This document shows, one piece after another, positions 16,410 to 24,312 of a DNA stretch of 41,498 bases. Source of the stretch: an uncultured Frankiaceae bacterium. Its GTDB lineage: Bacteria > Actinomycetota > Actinomycetes > JAFAQI01. Where the stretch lies: positions 1 to 41,498 of the forward strand of contig CAZEAM010000138.1 in the NCBI GenBank assembly GCA_964510285.1, read 5' to 3'. A model generated the notes under the pieces. It worked only from the letters and a program-made list of their open reading frames with translations. It did no database searches and had not been told where the DNA came from. How positions within the stretch are numbered: position 1 is the stretch's first letter; every line of letters starts with the position of its first letter. Made by a program: the position numbers and the translations under genes.

Positions 16410-17564
16410 GTGGACCTGACCGAGCCTGCCGAGCTTGCTGCGTTCCGCGGCGAGGCTCGCGAGTGGCTGCGGTCCCACGTCCCCGCGACCCCGCTGCCGT
16501 CGCTGGACACCGAGGCCGGGTTCGCCGCCCACCGGGAGTGGGAGCTCGAGATGTACGACGCCCGCTGGGGGGTCGTCACGTGGCCCGAGCAGTACGGCGG
16601 GCGCGGCGCCGGGCTGCTCGAATGGCTGGTCTTCGAGGAGGAGTACTGGGCGGCCGGCGCGCCGGTCCGGGTCAGCCAGAACGGCATCTTCCTGCTCGCC
16701 CCGACGATCTTCGAGTACGGCACGCAGGCGCAGAAGGACCGCTTCCTCACACCGATGGCGAAGGCCGACGAGGTGTGGGCGCAGGGCTGGTCCGAGCCGG
16801 GCTCCGGTAGCGATCTGGCGTCGCTGCGGTCGAAAGCCGAGCGGGTCGACGGCGGCTGGCGGCTGTCCGGTCAGAAGACGTGGTCCACGCGCGCGGTCTA
16901 CGCCGACTGGATGTTCGGGCTGTTCCGCTCCGACCCGGCCTCCGAGCGACACCGTGGGCTCACCTACTTCCTTCTGCCGCTGTCGGCCGAGGGCGTGACC
17001 GTCCGCCCGATCCGCCAACTCGACGGCGAACCCGGCTTCGCCGAGGTGTTCTTCGACCAAGTGTTCGTCCCCGACGAGCACGTACTCGGCGGTGTCGGCG
17101 AAGGGTGGAAGGTCGCGATGTCGACCACCACGTCGGAGCGCGGTCTGACACTGCGGTCGCCGGGCCGGTTCATGGCCGCTGCCGACCGGCTCGTCGACCT
17201 GTACGCCGCCACCCGCGACCTGGACCCGGACGCCGCGGTGGCGGCGCGCGACGACGTCGTACAGGCCTGGATGGACGCCGACGCCTACCGCCTCTACGTC
17301 CTCGGCACCGCACTGAAGGCGCTCGGCGGCGAGTCGATCGGCGCGGAGTCGAGCGCCAACAAGCTGTTCTGGTCGCAGCTCGACGTGTCGCTGCACGAGA
17401 CAGCGCTCGCGATGCTCGGCGAGCGCGGGACGCTCGAGGCCGACCCGGTCTGCGGGCCGTGGCTCGACGGTTACGAGTTCTCGCTGGCCGGCCCGATCTA
17501 CGCCGGCACCAACGAGGTGCAGCGCAACGTGATCGCCGAGCGGGTGCTGGGCCTGCCGCGATGA
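16410..17564 (+). CDS. acyl-CoA dehydrogenase family protein (alpha-type subunit, catalytic Glu present)
   Basis: GTG 16410 within ORF 16326..17564 (VDLTEPAELAAFRGEAREWL). Motifs QGWSEPGSGSDLASL, GGWRLSGQKTWST and IYAGTNEVQRNVIAERVLGLP. Confidence 0.88.
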   Translation: MDLTEPAELAAFRGEAREWLRSHVPATPLPSLDTEAGFAAHREWELEMYDARWGVVTWPEQYGGRGAGLLEWLVFEEEYWAAGAPVRVSQNGIFLLAPTIFEYGTQAQKDRFLTPMAKADEVWAQGWSEPGSGSDLASLRSKAERVDGGWRLSGQKTWSTRAVYADWMFGLFRSDPASERHRGLTYFLLPLSAEGVTVRPIRQLDGEPGFAEVFFDQVFVPDEHVLGGVGEGWKVAMSTTTSERGLTLRSPGRFMAAADRLVDLYAATRDLDPDAAVAARDDVVQAWMDADAYRLYVLGTALKALGGESIGAESSANKLFWSQLDVSLHETALAMLGERGTLEADPVCGPWLDGYEFSLAGPIYAGTNEVQRNVIAERVLGLPR

Positions 17565-18559
17565 GGCTCGCCGCGGACCAGGACGCGCTCGACTTCGCGG
17601 AGAGCATCGCGGAGCTGCTCGCCGACGTCGCCGACGCTGCGGCGTTGCGGGCGGCGTGGGACGACCCCGACGGCCGAATCCCGGGGGTGTGGAAGCGGCT
17701 CGCCGAGACCGGCCTGCTCGGGCTGACCGTCCCCGAGCAGTACGGCGGGTCCGGCGCCGATCTCACCACGTTGCTGCCGGCGCTGATCGAGCTCGGTCGC
17801 GCCGCACTTCCCGAGCCGGTGGTGGAGACCGTCGTCGGGGCGACGCTCCTGGCGCGTTGCGGCGGCGACCTGGCCGCGCAGTGGCTGCCCCGCGTCGTTG
17901 CGGGTGACGCCGTCATCGCGGTCGGCCTTGGACCCGGCTCGCTGATCAGCGCGGCGCCGTGGGCGGATCTGGTGCTGGTGCAGCGGCCTGACGGGACGGT
18001 TGTCGCCGCGCCGCGCGAAGCTGCGTCGCTGACCGAGCACGCGTCGGTCGACCGCGGCATGCGGTTTGCCTCGGTTGCGGCTGATGACGGCGCGGCGTTG
18101 ACCGGTGCCGACCCCGGTCCGGTGTTCGATCTCGGTGCCGTCGCCTACGCGGCGCTGTTGACCGGCGGGGCGAGGGCGATGCTCGAGATGAGCGTTGACT
18201 ATGCCCGGCAGCGGGAGCAGTTCGGCGTACCGATCGGTTCGTTCCAGGCCATCAAGCACCAGCTCGCCAACGTGTATGTCGGCACCGTCTTCGCCTTGCC
18301 GGTCGTGGCGCGCGGCGCGTGGTCCGTGGCGCACGACGTCCCGACGCGCAGTCGCGACGCCTCGCACGCAAAGCACATCGCGACGGTGTCGGCACAACAG
18401 GCGGCGCGCACCGCGCTTCAGGTGCACGCCGGGATCGGCTACACCTACGAGCACGACCTGCACATGTGGATGAAGCGGACCTGGACGCTGTCCTCGCTGT
18501 GGGGGACCGCGGCCTGGCACAAAGCGCGAGTAGCGAAAGCAGTTTTGGAGGACGCATGA
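17561..18559 (+). CDS. acyl-CoA dehydrogenase family protein (beta-type subunit, catalytic-base motif absent)
   Basis: ATG 17561 overlaps the upstream stop (ATGA). MRLAADQDALDFAESIAELL...GLLGLTVPEQYGGSGADL...REQFGVPIGSFQAIKHQLA...LQVHAGIGYTYEHDLHMWMKR. No G-T-x-E motif near the C-terminus. Confidence 0.8.
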   Translation: MRLAADQDALDFAESIAELLADVADAAALRAAWDDPDGRIPGVWKRLAETGLLGLTVPEQYGGSGADLTTLLPALIELGRAALPEPVVETVVGATLLARCGGDLAAQWLPRVVAGDAVIAVGLGPGSLISAAPWADLVLVQRPDGTVVAAPREAASLTEHASVDRGMRFASVAADDGAALTGADPGPVFDLGAVAYAALLTGGARAMLEMSVDYARQREQFGVPIGSFQAIKHQLANVYVGTVFALPVVARGAWSVAHDVPTRSRDASHAKHIATVSAQQAARTALQVHAGIGYTYEHDLHMWMKRTWTLSSLWGTAAWHKARVAKAVLEDA

Positions 18560-19779
18560 GTGCGCCGTTGGCGGGGATGCGCGTCGTCGAGTGCTCGATG
18601 CTTGGGCCGGCCGCGATCACGAGCGCCCTTGTCGACCTCGGCGCAGAGGTGATCAAGGTCGAGCCGGCCGCCGGTGACTACATCCGGCAGATGACCTGGC
18701 CGATCGTCGAGGGCGTCTCCCTCATGCACCTGCATCTCAACCGCGGCAAGAAGAGCATCACTCTCGACCTGCGCAGCGACGACGGCAAGCAGGTCTTCCG
18801 GGACCTCGCCAAGGACGCCGACGTCGTCGTCGAAGCGATGCGGCCCGGTGCGCTGGAGCGGCTCGGGATCGGGCCGACCGACCTGCGGGAACGCAGCCCG
18901 AAGCTGGTGTTCGCCAGCATCTCCGGGTACGGCGGCACCGGCCCGTACAAGGACTACCCGAGCCACGGCATCGCCTACGACACCTGGGCCGGGATCGTCA
19001 CGCCGCACGTCGATGATGAGGGCTTCACCTACATTCCGGAGCACGTCAGCATCGGGATCTTCGCCGCACCTCTCTATGGCGCCCTCGCGATCCTCGCCGC
19101 CGTGATCCGCGCCAGGGCCACCGGCGAGGGCGCGGAACTCGAGCTCGCCCAGTCCGACTGCGCGGCGGCGTTCGACTGGTACCGCAGCGAGACCTACCGC
19201 GCCTACGAGCGCCCGGAGTCCGAGGTCACGGGCAACCCGAGCGACAACTACGAACGCCGCGCCCCCGGCACCGCCGGCATGAAGGAAGGCGTCCGCTACC
19301 AGATCTACGCGAGCGCGGACGGGCACGTGCTGTTCATGGCGAGCGAGCAGGCGTTCTGGAAGAACTTCTGCGAGGGCGTCGGCCGGATGGATCTGTTCGA
19401 GAAGTGGCCGGGCTCGACGTACGCCGACCACGCCCGCGGCAACCGCGACCTGCAGGCCGAGCTGCGCGACATCTTCGCGACCAAGACGTCGGCGGAGTGG
19501 ATGGAGTTCGGCGGACGGGTCAACACCCCGATCGCACCGGTGAACACCCCGAAGACGCTGGCCGACGACCCGCAGTTCGCCGACCGTTTGGGCTGGCTGC
19601 CGGCCGAGCGGCTCGGCGCCGACCAGCTCGGCTTCCCGGTGCGCTTCGTAGGGGAGGAGCTGCCGGTGCCGGAGAAGGCGCCCACGGTCGGCGAGCACAC
19701 GTACGACGTGCTGCGCGCGGTGTGCGACTACGACGACGAGCAGATCGCGACGCTTCGCAGGTCGGGAGTCCTCGGATGA
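18556..19779 (+). CDS. family III CoA-transferase (CaiB/BaiF-like)
   Basis: ATG 18556 overlaps the upstream stop (ATGA). MSAPLAGMRVVECSMLGPAAITSALVDLGAEVIKVEP...LNRGKKSITLDL...VVVEAMRPGALERLG is typical of the family. Confidence 0.88.
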   Translation: MSAPLAGMRVVECSMLGPAAITSALVDLGAEVIKVEPAAGDYIRQMTWPIVEGVSLMHLHLNRGKKSITLDLRSDDGKQVFRDLAKDADVVVEAMRPGALERLGIGPTDLRERSPKLVFASISGYGGTGPYKDYPSHGIAYDTWAGIVTPHVDDEGFTYIPEHVSIGIFAAPLYGALAILAAVIRARATGEGAELELAQSDCAAAFDWYRSETYRAYERPESEVTGNPSDNYERRAPGTAGMKEGVRYQIYASADGHVLFMASEQAFWKNFCEGVGRMDLFEKWPGSTYADHARGNRDLQAELRDIFATKTSAEWMEFGGRVNTPIAPVNTPKTLADDPQFADRLGWLPAERLGADQLGFPVRFVGEELPVPEKAPTVGEHTYDVLRAVCDYDDEQIATLRRSGVLG

Positions 19780-21308
19780 CCGACGGGCTCCCGCGGAGCA
19801 TCCCGGCGCTGATGCTGCAGGCCGGTCGTGAGCACCGCGACGAAGAGGCGGTCGTCGACGGCGACCGCCGGGTGACGTTCGGCGAGCTCGCACACGTCTC
19901 CCTGAGTGCGGCCGCGGAGTGCATCCGCCGCGGTGTCGAGCCCGGTGACCGGGTCGGCATCTGGGCTCCCAACACCCTCGACTGGGTGGTCGCCGCGCTC
20001 GGCACGCTGGCGGCTGGCGGAGTCCTGGTGCCGCTGAACACGCGCTACAAGGGCGAGGAGGCGAACTGGATCCTCGACCGCAGCGGCGCGAAGCTGTGCT
20101 TCGTCTCACCACCCTTCCTCGGCAACGACTATCCCGCGATGCTCGGTGAGCGGCCGGGTGCGGTCCTCCTCGAGCCGTCCCTGTGGGAGGCGGGCCCGAC
20201 CCGCGAGGTGCACGACCGGATCGACGCGGTCGGCCCCGACGACACCGGCGACCTGATCTTCACCTCGGGCACGACCGGTAAGCCGAAGGGGGTCGTCACC
20301 ACGCAGGCGCAGACGATCAAGGTCTTCGACACCTGGTCGCGCATCGTCGGTGTGCGGGAGGGCGACCGCTACCTCGTCGTCAACCCGTTCTTCCACACCT
20401 TCGGGTACAAGGCCGGCATCATCGCCTGCCTGTTGCGCGGGGCGACGATCGTGCCGCAGCCGGTGTTCGACGTTCCTGCAGTGCTGGATCTCATCGAGCG
20501 CGAGAAGATCACGGTGCTGCCCGGGCCGCCGACGCTCTACCAGTCGATCCTCGACTTCCCGGATCGTGAGCAGCGCGACCTCTCCTCGCTCCGTCTCATC
20601 GTCACCGGCGCCGCCGTCGTACCGGTCGTGCTCATCGAGCGGCTCCGTGACGAGCTGGCCGTCGAGACGATCCTCACGGCGTACGGGCTGACCGAGGCGA
20701 CCGGCACCGTCACCATGTGCCGGCAGGGCGACGACGCCGAGACGATTGCCACCACCTCCGGTCGCGCGATCCCCGACACCGAGGTGCGGATCGTCGACGA
20801 GGCGGGCAACGCCGTCGCGACCGGCGAGCCGGGTGAGGTCGTGGTCCGCGGCTACAACGTGATGAAGGGCTACTACGAGGATCCCGAGGCGACTGCGCAG
20901 ACCATCGACGCGGACGGCTGGCTGCACACCGGCGACATCGGTGTGATGGACGCCGAGGGCAATGTCCGGATCACCGACCGGCTCAAGGACATGTACGTCG
21001 TCGGCGGCTTCAACGCCTATCCCGCGGAGGTCGAGCAGACTCTGGCCCGGCACGAGGCGGTCGCGGAATGTGCGGTGGTCGGCGTGCCCGACGAGCGCCT
21101 CGGCGAGGTCGGGCTGGCGTTCGTCGTGGCGCGACCCGGCATGACCGTCGATCCGGAGGAGATCGTGGCGTGGTGCCGGGAACGCATGGCGAACTTCAAG
21201 GCACCGCGTACGGTGCAGGTCGTGGACGCACTGCCGCGCAACGCCTCGGGCAAGGTCATGAAGTTCGAGCTGCGCAACTCGGTGGTGGGTAGGAGTGCGT
21301 CGGCGTGA
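19776..21308 (+). CDS. AMP-dependent acyl-CoA synthetase
   Basis: ATG 19776 overlaps the upstream stop (ATGA). Motifs FTSGTTGKPKGV, GYGLTE-like AYGLTEATG, GWLHTGDIGVMD and a C-terminal SGKVMK. Confidence 0.9.
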   Translation: MTDGLPRSIPALMLQAGREHRDEEAVVDGDRRVTFGELAHVSLSAAAECIRRGVEPGDRVGIWAPNTLDWVVAALGTLAAGGVLVPLNTRYKGEEANWILDRSGAKLCFVSPPFLGNDYPAMLGERPGAVLLEPSLWEAGPTREVHDRIDAVGPDDTGDLIFTSGTTGKPKGVVTTQAQTIKVFDTWSRIVGVREGDRYLVVNPFFHTFGYKAGIIACLLRGATIVPQPVFDVPAVLDLIEREKITVLPGPPTLYQSILDFPDREQRDLSSLRLIVTGAAVVPVVLIERLRDELAVETILTAYGLTEATGTVTMCRQGDDAETIATTSGRAIPDTEVRIVDEAGNAVATGEPGEVVVRGYNVMKGYYEDPEATAQTIDADGWLHTGDIGVMDAEGNVRITDRLKDMYVVGGFNAYPAEVEQTLARHEAVAECAVVGVPDERLGEVGLAFVVARPGMTVDPEEIVAWCRERMANFKAPRTVQVVDALPRNASGKVMKFELRNSVVGRSASA

Positions 21309-22489
21309 CCGATATCGATCCCAAGCACTTCCGCCGGGTGCTGGGGCACTTCCCGACCGGCGTCGCGGTGATCACCGGAACCGACGCGGACGGCAGGCCC
21401 GGCGGCCTCGCGATCGGCTCCTTCACGTCGGTGTCGCTGGACCCACCGCTGGTCGCCTTCATGCCCGACAAGAACTCCAGCACCTGGCCGCGGATCCGGG
21501 ACGCCGGGAGCTTCTGCGTCAACATCCTCGGGTCCGACCAGGAGGAGGTGTGCCGGACCTTCGCGGTGAGTGGGGGCGACAAGTTCGCGGACCTCACCTG
21601 GAAGCCGGCCGGCTCCGGAGCGCCGATCCTCGACGGCGTACTCGCATGGATCGACTGCGACCTCGAGGTCGTGCATGAAGCCGGTGACCACTACATCGTG
21701 ATCGGGCGGGTGCGTGAGCTCGACGCGGCCGGTACGACGCTGCCGCTGGTGTTCTTCCAAGGCGGGTACGGCCGGTTCTCCTCGCTTTCGCTGGCCGCCT
21801 GGGAGTCCGATCTCGCGTTGCAGATGCGCTCGGCCGACCTCGCCCGCCCGCACATGGAGGCGCTTGCCGCGGAGCTCGACATCGAATGCGTCGCAAGCGC
21901 GATCGTCGGCCCCGACATGGTCCTGCTCGCCCGCGCCGGCCGGCTGCCCACCGGGTCGCTGCCGACCGCGGTCGGCCAGCGGATCCCCTTCGAGCCCCCG
22001 GTCGGCACGGCGTTCGTCGCGTGGGCACCCGAGTCGGCGCAGCGGGCCTGGCTGGACCGGATGGACAAGAACGCGCCGCCCGAGATGCTCGACGCGCTGC
22101 ACCGCACCCTGGCCGAGGTGCGCGAGCACGGCTACTCAGTGGGGCGCGGCCATCGCTGGCACGAGCAGGCCGCGCAGGTGATGGCACGTCCCGACCCGAC
22201 CGTCGACCAGGAGGCGACCACCGAGCAGCTGCACCAGCTGATCGGCCTGCTGCCCGCGGACTACGAGTCGCCGATCGCGAAGTCCGGGGACGCCCGTACC
22301 GTCTCCACACCGGTGTTCGGCCCGGGTGGCGTCGTCGTGATGGTGCTGTCCGCCGTACTCACCGGTGCGCCGTCGATGGCTGGTGACGAGTCACCACTGT
22401 CCGACCTCGACTTCACCGTCGCGCGGCTGCGAACCGCTGCCACTGCTGTCACCGAGGCGCTGCACGGCGCCGCACCCGAGGGGGTCTGA
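21305..22489 (+). CDS. flavin reductase domain fused to an IclR-type C-terminal effector-binding domain (no HTH)
   Basis: GTG 21305 overlaps the upstream stop (GTGA). Residues ~1-160 are flavin-reductase-like (FRRVLGHFPTGVAVITG...GSFTSVSLDPPLVAF...GDHYIVIGRV). Residues ~170-385 resemble IclR_C (ARPHMEALAAELDIECVASAIVG..., LAEVREHGYSVGRG, TVSTPVFGPGGVVVMVLSAV). Confidence 0.8.
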   Translation: MTDIDPKHFRRVLGHFPTGVAVITGTDADGRPGGLAIGSFTSVSLDPPLVAFMPDKNSSTWPRIRDAGSFCVNILGSDQEEVCRTFAVSGGDKFADLTWKPAGSGAPILDGVLAWIDCDLEVVHEAGDHYIVIGRVRELDAAGTTLPLVFFQGGYGRFSSLSLAAWESDLALQMRSADLARPHMEALAAELDIECVASAIVGPDMVLLARAGRLPTGSLPTAVGQRIPFEPPVGTAFVAWAPESAQRAWLDRMDKNAPPEMLDALHRTLAEVREHGYSVGRGHRWHEQAAQVMARPDPTVDQEATTEQLHQLIGLLPADYESPIAKSGDARTVSTPVFGPGGVVVMVLSAVLTGAPSMAGDESPLSDLDFTVARLRTAATAVTEALHGAAPEGV

Positions 22490-22493
22490 CCGG

Positions 22494-23015
22494 ATGTACG
22501 TCAACGCTCACGCGGTCGACTACGCGTCGTTGTTCCTGCGCGCGGCGCTCGGCGTCACCATGCTCGCGCACGGCTACAACCACATGTTCGGCGGCGGCAA
22601 GCTGCCCGGCACCGCGCGCTGGTTCGAGTCGATCGGGATCCGGCCGGGATGGCTGCACGCCCGGCTCGCGACCTTCACCGAGCTCGGCGTGGCCCCGCTG
22701 CTGTTCCTCGGCCTGCTCACGCCGCTCGCCGCGGCCGGCGTGATCGGTGTGATGCTGGTCGCGCTGATCAGCAACCACCTCAAGAACGGCTACTTCATCT
22801 TCCGGCCGGGTGAGGGGTATGAGTACGTCTTGTTCATCACGCTCACTGCGTTCGGTCTCGGCGCCCTCGGCGGCGGCAAGGTGTCGTTGGACAACGCGCT
22901 CGACATCGGCAGCTGGATGTACGGCGGCAAGGGTCTCGCGATCTGCCTGATCGGCGTGGCCGGCGCCCTCCTACTGCTGGCCACCTGCTGGCGCCCGGAG
23001 AAGAAGGCCGACTGA
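22494..23015 (+). CDS. DoxX family membrane protein
   Basis: ATG 22494 lies 4 nt after the upstream stop. 173 aa with about four hydrophobic helices (LFLRAALGVTMLAHGYNHMFGGGKL...IISNHLKNGYF pattern). Confidence 0.8.
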   Translation: MYVNAHAVDYASLFLRAALGVTMLAHGYNHMFGGGKLPGTARWFESIGIRPGWLHARLATFTELGVAPLLFLGLLTPLAAAGVIGVMLVALISNHLKNGYFIFRPGEGYEYVLFITLTAFGLGALGGGKVSLDNALDIGSWMYGGKGLAICLIGVAGALLLLATCWRPEKKAD

Positions 23016-23037
23016 CCTCGGTCGCCCGATAGACAAC

Positions 23038-23060
23038 TTACGTTACGAGTTGTAATGTAA
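23038..23060. promoter_or_regulatory. AT-rich inverted repeat TTACGTTAC-N5-GTAATGTAA (candidate operator/promoter)
   Basis: 8 of 9 arm positions are complementary. Nested ACAACT/AGTTGT repeat. Contains TAATGT (TANNNT). Lies 59 bp upstream of LLM ATG 23119 in an otherwise GC-rich region. Confidence 0.35.
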
Positions 23061-23118
23061 CTCCGACAGCCCCACCGGACAGCCTCACTCGATACCGCGA
23101 CGGAGACGGAGCAGCCTG

Positions 23119-24243
23119 ATGGAGTTCGGCCTATTCATCCAGAACTACGTGCCCAACAGCCGCCGCGAAGTCGACCCGGACGCCGAGCATCACGCGATCC
23201 ATGAGGACATCGAGGCGGTCATCGCGGCCGACAAGGCGGGCTTCAAGTTCGTCTGGCTGACCGAGCACCACTTCCTCGACGAGTACTCCCACCTGTCCGC
23301 CAACGACGTCGTTGCCGGCTACCTCGCCGCGAAGACCGAGCGGATCCACATCGGCGGCGGCATCTTCAACCCGCTGCCCGCGGTGAACCACCCGGCGAAG
23401 CTCGCCGAGCGGGTCAACTATCTCGACCAGATCACTCACGGCCGGGTCGAGTTCGGCACCGGGCGCGGCGCGGGCAGCCACGAGATCCTCGGCTTCCTCG
23501 ACCACCTCGGGATCACCGACACCAACCAGACGAAGGAGATCTGGGAGGACGTCATCCGGGAGTTCCCGAAGATGTTCACCCAGGACACCTACGAGGGCTA
23601 CAAGGGCAAGTACTGGTCATTGCCGCCCCGCAAGATCCTGCCGCGTCCCTACGGCAAGGGGCACGCGCCGCTCTGGTACGCCGCCGGCAACCCGCCGTCG
23701 TATGAGATGGCCGGCCGCATGGGCATGGGCGTGCTCGGGTTCTCTTTGGACCGGTGGGACAAGGTCGAGAAGCTGCGCAAGTCCTACAAGGACGGCATCG
23801 CCAACGCCGAGCCGGTCGGCGCCTTCGTCAACGACAACATCATGTCGTGCATCGCGGCGTACGTCGCCGAGGACAAGGAGACGGCGTTCCAGTCATACGT
23901 CGACTCGAAGCCGAACTATTTGGTGTCCAACGTCTACCGCTACCACGACACGTTCCCGGCGCCGGAGTGGGTGCCGAAGTGGCCGGAGACGCTGCCCGAG
24001 CCCGACCTCGAGACCGCAGCGATGGCCGCCGAGTTCGGCGGCGTGGTGCTCGGTGACCCGGACATGGCGCTCGAGCAGTGCAAGCGCTGGGAGTCCACCG
24101 GCATCGACCAGCTGGTGTTCGGCATCGGTCCGGCGAAGATCGAGGACACGATCCGCACCATTGAGCTGCTCGGCAAGTACGTCATCCCGAAGATCGACAC
24201 CGACCCGGTCGTGTCGACGACCCGCTACCGGGAAAGCGCGTAA
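23119..24243 (+). CDS. LLM-class (luciferase-like) flavin-dependent oxidoreductase/monooxygenase
   Basis: 374-aa ORF MEFGLFIQNYVP...AGFKFVWLTEHHFLDEYSHLS...GRVEFGTGRGAG, a typical luciferase-like TIM-barrel N-terminus. Confidence 0.88.
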   Translation: MEFGLFIQNYVPNSRREVDPDAEHHAIHEDIEAVIAADKAGFKFVWLTEHHFLDEYSHLSANDVVAGYLAAKTERIHIGGGIFNPLPAVNHPAKLAERVNYLDQITHGRVEFGTGRGAGSHEILGFLDHLGITDTNQTKEIWEDVIREFPKMFTQDTYEGYKGKYWSLPPRKILPRPYGKGHAPLWYAAGNPPSYEMAGRMGMGVLGFSLDRWDKVEKLRKSYKDGIANAEPVGAFVNDNIMSCIAAYVAEDKETAFQSYVDSKPNYLVSNVYRYHDTFPAPEWVPKWPETLPEPDLETAAMAAEFGGVVLGDPDMALEQCKRWESTGIDQLVFGIGPAKIEDTIRTIELLGKYVIPKIDTDPVVSTTRYRESA

Positions 24244-24250
24244 TCCCGCC

Positions 24251-24300
24251 GGTTTGTGAGCCGCTGAGTACAGTCCGCTGTATCTAGCGGTTCACAAACC
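24251..24300 (+). other. 15-bp-stem hairpin (GGTTTGTGAGCCGCT / AGCGGTTCACAAACC, 20-nt loop) between the LLM stop and the next RBS
   Basis: Arms are complementary except for one G-U. No U tract follows. The 3' arm ends directly at AAGGGGGG, the SD of the gene starting at 24313. Confidence 0.45.
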
Positions 24301-24312
24301 AAGGGGGGCGTC

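Noticed and set aside
24255-24296. CRP/FNR-type site (TGTGA...TCACA) that might link to the cNMP-binding protein
   Set aside because: The half-sites are separated by 32 nt rather than the 6 nt of the TGTGA-N6-TCACA consensus, and the cNMP-binding protein at 40819 has no DNA-binding domain. The sequence is better described as a hairpin.
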